A stretch of 64,000 nucleotides of DNA from Candidatus Poribacteria bacterium (lineage in GTDB: Bacteria; Poribacteria; WGA-4E; PCPOR2b), in the NCBI GenBank assembly GCA_965207095.1, contig CBDBMC010000001.1:4230-68229 (forward strand), in the 5' to 3' direction. Made by a program: the position numbers and the translations under genes. Of this stretch, positions 37,501 through 46,700 are shown piece after piece; the first letter of the stretch is position 1, and every line of letters starts with the position of its first letter. Below the pieces are notes generated by a model that did not search any database, was not told the DNA's origin, and was given only the letters and a program-made list of their open reading frames with translations.

Positions 37501-38771
37501 TCTATTCTCCACGGCAACAGGTGAAAACCCTATACGTCGGCAGCCATAACGAGTTTAGGGTCTGGCTCAACGGCGAGTTGATTCACGACTCGCTCCGTTA
37601 CCACGCCAGCTTTGGTTACACAGATTCGCTCCCGGTCACACTCAAGCAGGGCAGAAATGTCCTGTTAGTCTCGGTTAGAGCCCAATATAACGCTTTCTTT
37701 GGATTTGAGCCGGGGACCGTATACGAAGTGGCAAACCCCGGCGTCAGTTACACCTTTTCTAAGTCTCCAATTCACCGTGAAGACACCTTTACTCTCGATA
37801 TTGGTGCAAAGGAGGTCATAGACATGGTAGCCTGGCAGTTTGATATCGCCTTCGACCCTGCTCACCTTGAAGCTATCAGTGTGACTGAAGGCAATTTCCT
37901 AAAGATGGGTAGCAGCACCCTCTTTCGGAGCGGAACCATTAACAACGCAACAGGTAGAATTGAGGGAATCAGCGCCTTACGGTTTGCTACTACCCACGGG
38001 GTCCGTGGAACCGGCACCATTGTTCAGGTGACGTTTAAGGCGAAAGCCTCTGGGGAAACACGGGTGACACTGGAAAAGTTCCAATTTGGCGCTCTCAGCG
38101 CGGACGAGATTCCCGCAGGACCCCACCAAATCCGTTTCACTGTGGAGGGACGGCTTGCGACCGGGGATGTCAATCGGGACGGAAGGGTTAGTGTTCTGGA
38201 CTTGATTCTCATTGCACAGCAGTTGGGGCAGAGGGTGCCCGCTGGCTCGCCGGTAGACCTCAACGGTGATGGTGTCGTCAGCATCCTCGACCTCATCCTC
38301 ACGGCACGGGCACTTGGAAATACTACAACTCCCGCCGCACCGGCTGGTGAAATGGAAGGGATAGATCCTGTGATGATAGAGGCCTGGATTGCACAAGCTC
38401 GGTTGGAAAATGACGGCTCGCTTGCCTTCAAGCAGGGTATCGAAATGCTTGAAAACCTACTCGCCGCGTTGGTTCCTGAAGAAACTGCGTTGTTGGCAAA
38501 CTATCCCAATCCGTTTAACCCAGAGACATGGATACCTTATCAGTTAGCAACTCCCGCAGACGTCACACTGACCATTTATGATATGAATGGACAGATGGTT
38601 CGACATATAGCGGTAGGGCATCAGACAGCAGGTATGTATCGGACTCGAAGCCGTGCCGTCTATTGGGACGGACGCAACCAACTCGGTGAGGCTGTTGCCA
38701 GTGGAGTCTACTTCTACACACTAACGGCAGATAATTTCACAGCTACACGACGGATGCTGATTCTAAAATAA
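34563..38771 (+). CDS. Long paralog A: PSCyt-like haem-binding head (2x CXXCH) + PT linker + LRR + beta-sandwich + cohesin + dockerin + CTD
   Basis: CLICH at 34719-34733 sits within a planctomycete-cytochrome-c-like segment (..GNPNASELYKRL..MP..PPLS..INTIRNWILAGAP). CFGCH is at 35814-35828. The linker is VVTPPIVTPPIVTPPVRPP. The remaining architecture matches LRR1. The ORF track starts at GTG 34554; ATG 34563 is homologous to the paralog starts. Confidence 0.85.
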   Translation: MSQHHFFSTLIGVDKQFRLISIICLLIVILGFQNTSAQQQIAVDAYAIFEQSCLICHGPQGAYKETLLIEHNALIENGTVVPGNPNASELYKRLITTEIAKRMPLQQPPLSTQAINTIRNWILAGAPDWAATTTPTGDFISHNEILNDIETHLMSLSPFDRAFARYFTMTHLYNAGVAAQILQEYRKALYKLVNSLSWGVDVINPESIDSQGTIFYIDLRQYEWDVNDGWGQIEAVYPYHISFDAPAQATLQQQLGRLQTETNSSVPSVHVDWFIATASLPPLYHNLLSLPLTDRALEARLEVDVNRNISNAPGVRVWRAGTDESGVSQSNRVLERHNSRYGAYWKSYDFAGSAGTQNIFTHPLNFTQDGGEVIFNLPNGLQGYYIVDATGSRLDAAPISIVSDPAASDPTVRTGLSCFGCHIEGMNTFEDQVRAVIESNTNPTYDKAQALRLYVEKADMDVRVQEDIETYRAALEETGGAFDDIEPISRFHEAFEGPVDVAHAAAVVGLETEDLLEKIRENTGLQNAGLLVLESNGSMKRDTWTSSFQDVLFALNFPTRVVTPPIVTPPIVTPPVRPPGRVVQIPDVNLHAAIAEVLGKGSNTPITVREMEGLQRLYINNRGIRDLTGLQFAINLRELNLDDNEISDLSPLAGLINLRDLRLHHNPLSDISPVRGLTNLTRLEFDESSVSDISPVRNLTNLTYLEFDRTLVSDISPVRNLTNLTYLEFHGTLVSDFSPIIELTNLEHLHFDGINVSNLSIVTRLVSLKRLLLGNLGGSSINLSFLARLTNLEEISMHNGDISNLSPLAGLTRLRELHITNSGISDISALAGLTELVRVDLAANEISDISPLAGLTNLRWVILRENQITNLSLVNRLRANIPTFVWHDNPGFPEVGPTIEGPWLWVVLPNTRPSTTDLLSEASGGTVTETEIATYGAIEGQPVGDDVWTFRSLPPTGWNNVDKMLGDRIDGATLYGTVSLYSPRQQVKTLYVGSHNEFRVWLNGELIHDSLRYHASFGYTDSLPVTLKQGRNVLLVSVRAQYNAFFGFEPGTVYEVANPGVSYTFSKSPIHREDTFTLDIGAKEVIDMVAWQFDIAFDPAHLEAISVTEGNFLKMGSSTLFRSGTINNATGRIEGISALRFATTHGVRGTGTIVQVTFKAKASGETRVTLEKFQFGALSADEIPAGPHQIRFTVEGRLATGDVNRDGRVSVLDLILIAQQLGQRVPAGSPVDLNGDGVVSILDLILTARALGNTTTPAAPAGEMEGIDPVMIEAWIAQARLENDGSLAFKQGIEMLENLLAALVPEETALLANYPNPFNPETWIPYQLATPADVTLTIYDMNGQMVRHIAVGHQTAGMYRTRSRAVYWDGRNQLGEAVASGVYFYTLTADNFTATRRMLILK
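34672..36334 (+). repeat. 1.66-kb segment about 99.8% identical to 43887-45549 (head domain of long paralogs A and B)
   Basis: Constant offset of 9215 nt with no indels. I found only 4 differences (A positions 35000, 35039, 36026 and 36176), all synonymous third-position transitions. Confidence 0.9.
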
Positions 38772-38859
38772 AGTAGCAGGCATACGCCGGTCCCACGAGT
38801 CGGAACTCAAGGTAAGATGCTGTAGTCCCTGCAAACTATATTATTGGGAGATACTCTCT

Positions 38860-41499
38860 ATGTCCAAACATTATTTCTTCGCCACTCTGATTGGGGTTCA
38901 TAAGCAATTTCATCTCGTCAGAATTATCTGTCTATCGGCGGCGATCATCGGCACTCAAATAGGATTCGACCAACTACAGATTGCCCAAGACGCTCATGCC
39001 AGTTCTCAACAGCAGGCCGTGGTTGCTCGTATCCCTGACCCAAACCTACGCGCCGCAATCGCAGAGGAACTTGGCAAAAAGCCTAATGATCCGATTACTG
39101 TACAAGAGATGGAAAGGTTGGGAAGGCTCGACGCGCGCAATAGGGGCATCCAAGATTTGACAGGGCTCCAGTTCGCAATAAATCTGAGGAGTCGGTTGGA
39201 TCTCAGGGACAATCAGATTTCTGACATCTCACCGATTGCCGGCTTAACCGAACTACGCGAACTCGAAATTAATAGGAACACAATATCGGATATATCCCCT
39301 GTCAGGAATTTGACAAATCTTACTCTCTTGGTTCTCAAGGGCAATCAGATTTCCGACCTCTCACCGATTGCCGGCTTAATTAACTTGCGGGGACTCTATC
39401 TTGACGATAATCTCTTCTCCGATCTTTCTGTCCTGAAAGGTTTAACTAATCTAGAGGTGTTACACTTTAGCCAAAATAGAGGTGTATCCGATATATCCCC
39501 ACTTGCAGGATTAGTCAACCTGAAAACGATTGGTTCTTGGGGTCACTCCATATCTGATTTATCGCCACTTGCGAGATTAACAGAATTGGAGATAATAAAT
39601 TTTTGTGGTGGTAATATCTCCAATCTTACCCCCTTGGCGGGCTTAACAGGTTTGAAAGAACTGTATATTGCAGGAGAAAAAGTGTCGGATATATCCCCGG
39701 TTGCGCGACTAACCGGGTTAACTCGGTTGGGACTTGAGGGCAACGACATATCGGATATATCGCCCCTTGCGGGATTAACGAATTTGAAATGGCTGCGGAT
39801 TAATAACAACGACATATCGGACGTATCGCCGATTGCGAAATTAACCAACTTAACATGGCTATCCGTCAAGAGCAACAACATTTCCGATCTTTCACCTCTG
39901 GATGGGATACGCGAGAATCTAACGACGCTCCTTTGGCACGACAATCCGGCCTTCCCGAAAGGGGGACCAAAGATAGAGGGACCATGGTTATGGGCCTTGG
40001 TACCGGACAGGGAAATAGATAGTAGTACGGATTTACTATCAGAGGCAAGTGATGGTGCGGTAACGGAGATGGAGGTCTCCACCCACGGGGCAACGGAGGG
40101 AAAATCGGTTGGGAATAGCGTGTGGACCTCCCATAGACTCCCGCCTTCAGGACATGATAACATTGGAAGGATGCTGAAAGAATCCATCCGTGACGGCGTC
40201 CTCTATGGCACTGTGGCTCTCCATTCACCCCGGCAACAGGAAACAACAATATACGTCGGTAGTGAGGATGAGTCAAAGGTCTGGCTCAACGGGATTTTGA
40301 TTTACGAGAACTTCCGTAGACGTGATGGTGATAATTACACAGATTTTTTCTCGGTCACGCTGAAGCAGGGGATAAATGTCTTGTTAGTTGCAGTTGAAAT
40401 CATTGGTAACAATGGTGATGTTTTTTTAGGCTTTGAACCCGGCACAGAATATATAGCCACAAACCCGGGTATCAGTTACACTTTCTCCAAAACACCAATT
40501 CATACGGGTGATACGTTTACCGTCGACATCGGTGCAAAAGGTTTCTTTGACTTGGCAGGCTGGCAATTTGATATCACCTTCGACCCTGCAATCCTTGAAG
40601 CCATCAACGTGATTGAAGGCGATCTCCTTAAAATGGACGGGGCAACTACTTTCTTTCAGAGCGGGACGATTGATAACGCAAGCGGTAGAATCACAAAAAT
40701 CAATGCCGCACGGACATCCACCGGTGGGGTCAATGGGACCGGTACCTTACTTCAGGTCACCTTCAGGGCAAAATCTGCCAGCAAAACAGCGTTGACACTG
40801 CGGAACGTCGAGTTCGGTGATCCCACCGCGACACTTATCTCCGCAGGTCCGCATGAAGTTCGGATTACTGTAGGAGGACAACTCGCCACAGGAGATGTGA
40901 ATCGAGATGGTACTGTCACCATTTTGGATCTGATTCTTATCGCACGACAGTTGGGGCAAAGGGTAGCCGCCAACTCACCGGCGGATCTCAACGGTGATGG
41001 TTCCGTCAGCATCCTCGACCTGATTCTTGCAGCACGAAGTCTTGGCAGCACCACAGCGCCTGCTGCGCCATCTGTTGGCACAGAAAGTGTCGATGCCGCT
41101 ACAATAGAAGCATGGATAGCACAGGCTCGATTGGAAGATGACGGGTCGCACCCCTTCAAACAGGGCATCGAACTTCTTGAAAAACTGCTCGCCTCGCTAA
41201 TTCCTGAAGAGACTGCATTGCTTCGTAACTATCCGAACCCGTTTAATCCGGAGACGTGGATACCGTATCAACTCGCCCAAGCCACCGATGTGACGCTTAC
41301 CATTTATGACGCCAAAGGGGTGTTGGTACGTCAATTGGATTTAGGATATCAGCAGGCGGGGCACTATACAGATAGGGCGCGAGCGGTATATTGGGACGGA
41401 TGCAACCACTTAGGCGAGTCAGTCGGAAGTGGGATCTACTTCTATCAACTACGCGCAGGAGATTACTCCACGGTCCGAAAGATGTCAATTCTGAAATAG
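38860..41499 (+). CDS. LRR2: internalin-type LRR + beta-sandwich + cohesin + dockerin + CTD secreted protein
   Basis: 879 aa. The N-terminus MSKHYFFATLIGVHKQFHLVRIICLSAAIIG is about 90% identical to LRR1 and the module order is the same. The tail is NYPNPFNPETWIPYQL..YFYQL..RKMSILK. Confidence 0.85.
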   Translation: MSKHYFFATLIGVHKQFHLVRIICLSAAIIGTQIGFDQLQIAQDAHASSQQQAVVARIPDPNLRAAIAEELGKKPNDPITVQEMERLGRLDARNRGIQDLTGLQFAINLRSRLDLRDNQISDISPIAGLTELRELEINRNTISDISPVRNLTNLTLLVLKGNQISDLSPIAGLINLRGLYLDDNLFSDLSVLKGLTNLEVLHFSQNRGVSDISPLAGLVNLKTIGSWGHSISDLSPLARLTELEIINFCGGNISNLTPLAGLTGLKELYIAGEKVSDISPVARLTGLTRLGLEGNDISDISPLAGLTNLKWLRINNNDISDVSPIAKLTNLTWLSVKSNNISDLSPLDGIRENLTTLLWHDNPAFPKGGPKIEGPWLWALVPDREIDSSTDLLSEASDGAVTEMEVSTHGATEGKSVGNSVWTSHRLPPSGHDNIGRMLKESIRDGVLYGTVALHSPRQQETTIYVGSEDESKVWLNGILIYENFRRRDGDNYTDFFSVTLKQGINVLLVAVEIIGNNGDVFLGFEPGTEYIATNPGISYTFSKTPIHTGDTFTVDIGAKGFFDLAGWQFDITFDPAILEAINVIEGDLLKMDGATTFFQSGTIDNASGRITKINAARTSTGGVNGTGTLLQVTFRAKSASKTALTLRNVEFGDPTATLISAGPHEVRITVGGQLATGDVNRDGTVTILDLILIARQLGQRVAANSPADLNGDGSVSILDLILAARSLGSTTAPAAPSVGTESVDAATIEAWIAQARLEDDGSHPFKQGIELLEKLLASLIPEETALLRNYPNPFNPETWIPYQLAQATDVTLTIYDAKGVLVRQLDLGYQQAGHYTDRARAVYWDGCNHLGESVGSGIYFYQLRAGDYSTVRKMSILK

Positions 41500-41534
41500 T
41501 GAGGAATCTATCATCTACTTTGATAACCTACAAT

Positions 41535-41646
41535 GGCTCATATAAAAAGAGAGTGCAAAACGTAAAGGGAAACCCAGTTTTTTCTTAAAAACTCGGTTTC
41601 TTTCTTCTGCCTCGGGTCTCTGTTGCACCAAATCTTAACATGAGCC
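41535..41646. mobile_element. MITE family G copy 2 with 9-bp target-site duplication ACCTACAAT
   Basis: ACCTACAAT at 41526-41534 and 41647-41655. The ends are GGCTCATATAAAAAGAGAGTGCAA / TTGCACCAAATCTTAACATGAGCC. It is inverted relative to copy 1. Confidence 0.8.
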
Positions 41647-41697
41647 ACCTACAATAAACTGTGTTACTATTTACCTTAACCGTAAGGGAGAAAATCG

Positions 41698-43284
41698 ATG
41701 AACAAACAGCTCTTTCGCTTCACTTTATTCTTATTGGTGAGTCTGTCACTTCCATCAATAGCAGCAGGACAGGTAGAAATCTCTGCCGTATCCAGTGCCG
41801 CTAATCCCGCGATGGGCGATACTATTGAGATTTCTATTAATATCACTGGTGCCTCCACTGTTAGCGGCTATAGTTTTACACTCACCTTTGACCCAACCAG
41901 ACTTAAATTTATAAGTATTGAAAATGCGGATTACCTTCCAACAGACGCGATTCCACTCCCTCAACCAGCTGAGAGCGGTTCAGTGAAGTTTACTGCCGTG
42001 TCCATAACATGGACGGAGGAAGCAAATGGAACCCTCGCCGTAGCAACATTTAGGGTCTTAGCAACAGCAGAAACAACGATAGGATTGGAAGAGGTTGATA
42101 TTACGGATTCAATACCACAATCGATTGCAGTCGCATCAATTATGGGAGCAACCATTAACGGAGCCACTTCTGGCACCCCAACTACGCCTACTACTCCAAC
42201 CACCCCCACTACTCCAATTACTCCGACTATGCCAACCACCCCAGACACCTCAACCACCACTTCCGAAAACGTGTTGGTTACAGGTGTAAGCATCTCCGCC
42301 GTATCCAGTGCCGCTAATCCCGCGGTGGACGATACTATTGAGGTTTCCATTAATATTGCTGGTGCGTTTGACGTCGCCGGTTATGATTTTACACTCGCCT
42401 TTGACCCAACCAAACTTGAATTTGTAAGTATTGAAAATGCGGATTATCTCCCGGCAGACGCGTTTGTAACAGAACCGATGGTTGAGAGCGGTTCAGTGCA
42501 ATTGGCTGCGTTCCTTCTGATGGGGTCAGTTGACGGTGACGGGACCCTCGCCGTAGCAACATTTAGGGTCTTAGTCGATACAGAAACAACGGTACGATTT
42601 GAGAGGGTTGTCATCGCGGATTCAATACCACAAACGATTGCAATCGAGTCGATTACGGGAGCAACCATTAATCGAGGTGCCCTGACAGAAGGCGCAGATA
42701 TAGAATATCTTCTGTCGATACCGGCGGGCATTAATCTAATTCATATCCCCCTGAAGGTGAACGCAGTTGACGGCGTGCCATGGACTATCACAACTATCTC
42801 CGACCTCTACGATATACTCGGTGGACAAAGCACCGTCGTCTACCTGTTCACCCGTGACTCCCAAACTCAGGAATGGATTGGCTATCTCAAACCCTCGGAC
42901 AGAGGCACCCCCGCTGACAGAGAGTTGACTGATGATATGGGAATTGTCACCAATTTGATAACCCCGGTGCCGCTTCGGCTGCGCGGTAGCAGCTTGGGGA
43001 CAGATGGAAACAGCATCATCACCTTAAACCCCGGTATCAACCTTGTGGGAGTGCCGTTGAGTGATTCAAGGATAACCCATGTGAGTGATCTGTTTGGGCT
43101 TGAAGGGATTGCGGACAACGTCTTTCTGATTATGGCACCAGATAACAACGGGAATGTCAAACCAATTAACCCCACAAGCGGTGCTACAGATATAGCAATT
43201 ACTGGGGGACAATCGTTCATCATGACCTCTCTACGAGCGGAAACGGTGATTATCTACGGTGATGGGTGGACTAATATCAGATAA
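41698..43284 (+). CDS. Secreted scaffoldin-like protein: cohesin - PT linker - cohesin - 2x unknown approximately 90-aa module; no dockerin, no CTD
   Basis: Signal peptide MNKQLFRFTLFLLVSLSLPSIAAGQ. Two cohesin-like domains contain IEISINITGASTVSGYSFTLTFDPTRLKFISI and IEVSINIAGAFDVAGYDFTLAFDPTKLEFVSI. The linker is TPTTPTTPTTPTTPITPTMPTTP. Confidence 0.8.
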   Translation: MNKQLFRFTLFLLVSLSLPSIAAGQVEISAVSSAANPAMGDTIEISINITGASTVSGYSFTLTFDPTRLKFISIENADYLPTDAIPLPQPAESGSVKFTAVSITWTEEANGTLAVATFRVLATAETTIGLEEVDITDSIPQSIAVASIMGATINGATSGTPTTPTTPTTPTTPITPTMPTTPDTSTTTSENVLVTGVSISAVSSAANPAVDDTIEVSINIAGAFDVAGYDFTLAFDPTKLEFVSIENADYLPADAFVTEPMVESGSVQLAAFLLMGSVDGDGTLAVATFRVLVDTETTVRFERVVIADSIPQTIAIESITGATINRGALTEGADIEYLLSIPAGINLIHIPLKVNAVDGVPWTITTISDLYDILGGQSTVVYLFTRDSQTQEWIGYLKPSDRGTPADRELTDDMGIVTNLITPVPLRLRGSSLGTDGNSIITLNPGINLVGVPLSDSRITHVSDLFGLEGIADNVFLIMAPDNNGNVKPINPTSGATDIAITGGQSFIMTSLRAETVIIYGDGWTNIR

Positions 43285-43584
43285 CCCAACTTCTATACGT
43301 TGAAAATTCCTCACTTTTCCGTAGGGGCGGAGGCTTCCCACCAATTAAGTACGGTACTCCTCGCTCCAGTTTTGAATCTCCCAATAACTCGGGATTTTTC
43401 CGATTGGGTCGCGGTCCTCACAACGGGATCGGAATGGAACTGGTCCATCCGGGCGGAGCGATAAGTCCGTAGGGTTCAAATGAACCGATAAATTAGCATA
43501 GACCCAATGGAACGACATGTGTAAAATAATAGATATAAGAATCCCATTTTCATCGGGACTCCCCATGCCGTAACCTTTGCAAAC

Positions 43585-43754
43585 TATAGTGAATACAAGA
43601 AATAAATAAACACTTTCGTCCACCGGTAGGTGCGGTTTTCAATCGCACCGAATAGGCGCAGTTAGAAACAGCGCCTACCAAACGGTAGAACGGTAGTTTC
43701 GTTTTCCTAACCGCCCCGGTTTGGCATGTCTCATTAATTCTAAGATCCACTATA
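43585..43754. mobile_element. MITE family 1 inserted in the conserved leader of long paralog B
   Basis: The sequence is GCAAACTATA[GTGAATACAAG...CTAAGATCCACTATA]ATATACCAGGAGG. Deleting the bracketed part restores the paralog-A leader GCAAACTATAATATTAGGAGG. Boundaries are ambiguous by 4-6 nt. Confidence 0.7.
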
Positions 43755-43777
43755 ATATACCAGGAGGCACTCTTTGA

Positions 43778-46700
43778 ATGCGTAAATGCGATTTCGTTCC
43801 CAATTTGATTAGAACCTGTCAGAAACAACATCTTGCCTCACTCATCACGCTATTGATATTCACCGTCAGTTCTCAAGATATATCTGCGCAACAACAGATA
43901 GCCGTAGATGCCTACGCTATCTTTGAACAGAGCTGCCTTATCTGCCACGGTCCCCAAGGTGCCTATAAAGAAACACTCCTCATTGAACACAACGCACTCA
44001 TCGAAAACGGAACCGTTGTACCGGGCAACCCCAACGCCTCCGAACTGTATAAACGACTCATAACCACTGAAATAGCCAAACGGATGCCGCTCCAACAACC
44101 CCCTCTATCCACTCAAGCAATTAATACCATCCGTAACTGGATTTTGGCAGGTGCACCCGATTGGGCAGCAACCACCACACCGACTGGCGACTTTATCTCG
44201 CACAACGAGATACTCAATGACATTGAGACGCACCTGATGTCGCTTTCACCGTTCGACCGTGCCTTTGCCCGTTACTTCACGATGACCCATCTCTATAACG
44301 CGGGGGTGGCGGCACAGATACTTCAAGAATACCGAAAAGCACTCTATAAACTGGTCAATAGCCTCTCATGGGGGGTTGACGTCATCAACCCAGAATCCAT
44401 CGACTCACAAGGCACTATCTTCTACATCGACCTCAGACAATATGAGTGGGACGTCAATGATGGCTGGGGACAGATAGAAGCGGTATATCCTTACCACATC
44501 TCATTTGATGCACCCGCACAGGCAACACTGCAGCAACAACTCGGACGGTTACAGACAGAAACCAATAGTAGCGTCCCATCGGTACATGTCGACTGGTTCA
44601 TAGCAACCGCATCTCTACCCCCACTCTACCACAATCTGCTCTCTCTACCATTGACAGATAGGGCGTTAGAGGCACGATTGGAGGTCGATGTGAATCGCAA
44701 CATCAGCAATGCACCGGGCGTGCGTGTCTGGCGCGCAGGCACTGACGAGTCGGGCGTCTCCCAGAGCAACCGGGTGTTGGAACGGCATAACTCTCGATAT
44801 GGCGCATATTGGAAAAGCTACGACTTTGCTGGAAGTGCTGGGACACAGAATATCTTCACCCACCCACTCAATTTCACCCAAGATGGTGGGGAGGTTATCT
44901 TCAATCTACCCAACGGGTTGCAAGGGTACTATATAGTAGACGCTACCGGTTCACGATTGGACGCAGCACCGATAAGCATTGTCTCCGATCCCGCAGCCAG
45001 TGACCCCACCGTCCGGACTGGGTTGTCCTGTTTCGGTTGTCATATAGAGGGGATGAACACCTTTGAGGACCAGGTGCGGGCTGTGATAGAGAGTAATACC
45101 AACCCAACTTACGACAAAGCACAAGCGTTGCGGTTGTATGTAGAGAAGGCAGATATGGATGTACGGGTTCAAGAAGATATAGAAACGTATAGAGCCGCAC
45201 TGGAAGAGACGGGGGGTGCGTTTGACGATATTGAACCGATTTCTCGGTTCCATGAGGCGTTTGAGGGCCCAGTCGATGTGGCACACGCTGCGGCTGTTGT
45301 GGGATTAGAGACTGAAGATTTGTTGGAAAAGATACGTGAGAACACAGGATTACAGAATGCAGGGTTGTTGGTGTTAGAGAGTAATGGGAGCATGAAAAGG
45401 GATACCTGGACATCAAGTTTCCAAGATGTGCTTTTTGCGCTGAATTTTCCGACACGGGTCGTGACACCTCCCATTGTGACACCTCCCATTGTGACGCCGC
45501 CGGTACGACCACCGGGTAGGGTTGTTCAGATTCCGGACGTAAACCTGCGTGCCGGAATAGCAGGGGCACTTGGTAAAAGCGCCAATGCCTCCATTACTGT
45601 AGGGGAGATGGAAGGATTGGAAGAACTTTATGTCAGAAATAGAGGCATCCGTGATTTGACAGGACTTCAGTTTGCAATCAATCTGAGAAGGCTAAATCTC
45701 GATAATAATGAATTCTCCGATCTCTCACCGCTGGCAGGCTTAATCAACCTAGAGGAACTCTGGCTTAACGAGAGTTTCGTGTCTGATTTATCTCCCTTGA
45801 GAGGATTGATAAATCTTTTTAGACTGTGGCCTCGACGCTCTCTGATTTCTGACCTCTCACCTATAGCAGGTTTAATCAACCTACGAAGCATCTCCCTTCG
45901 GGGCAATCCTCTATCCGATATATCCCCCTTGAGAGGGTTGATAAATCTCACTGAACTGTGGGTTGATGATGATACTCAGGTATCCGACCTCTCACCGATT
46001 GCAGGATTACCCAATCTGGAGCGTTTAGCTTTTGACGGTGACAAGGTATCCAACCTGTCGCCGCTTGCAAGATTGGTTAATTTGAAACGCATTCGCATAG
46101 ACGACTTAGAAGGTTCATCAATCAATTTATCCGCCCTTGCGGCATTAACAGACCTGGAGGAGATTAGTATTCACGACGGAGATAGATTGGACCTTTCACC
46201 TTTGGCAGGTTTAACAGGTTTGAGAGAACTACATATTACTAACTCTGGAATCTCAGATATACGTCCCCTTGCACGGTTAACCGGATTGGTCCGTATGAAT
46301 CTTTCAGAGAACGAAATCTCTGATATATCTCCGCTTCTAGGGTTAACCAATTTGAAATGGGTAATCCTCATCCGCAACCAGATTACTAATCTTTCCCTTG
46401 TGAATAGGTTACGTGCGAATATACCAACCTTCGTTTGGCACGACAATCCGGGCTTCCCAAAGGTGGGTCCAACAATAGAGGGACCGTGGCTATGGATTGT
46501 GTTACGGAACACAGACCGGCATAGAAGTGCGGACTTGCTGTCAGAAGCGAGTGGCGGGGCGGTGACAGAGACAGAGATTGCTACCTATGGGGTAACAGAG
46601 GGACAACCCCTCGGCGATGATGTCTGGACATTCCGCACACTCCCACCTACGGGCTGGAACAACGTTGACAAGATGCTTGGGGACCGCATCGATGGTGCCA

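Noticed and set aside
43345-43623. 92-aa minus-strand ORF downstream of the scaffoldin gene; its tail (..IPSYWEIQNWSEEY) could be a gene relic.
   Set aside because: I recognise no family, it has no RBS, and the N-terminal half runs into a MITE. I cannot support it as a gene.
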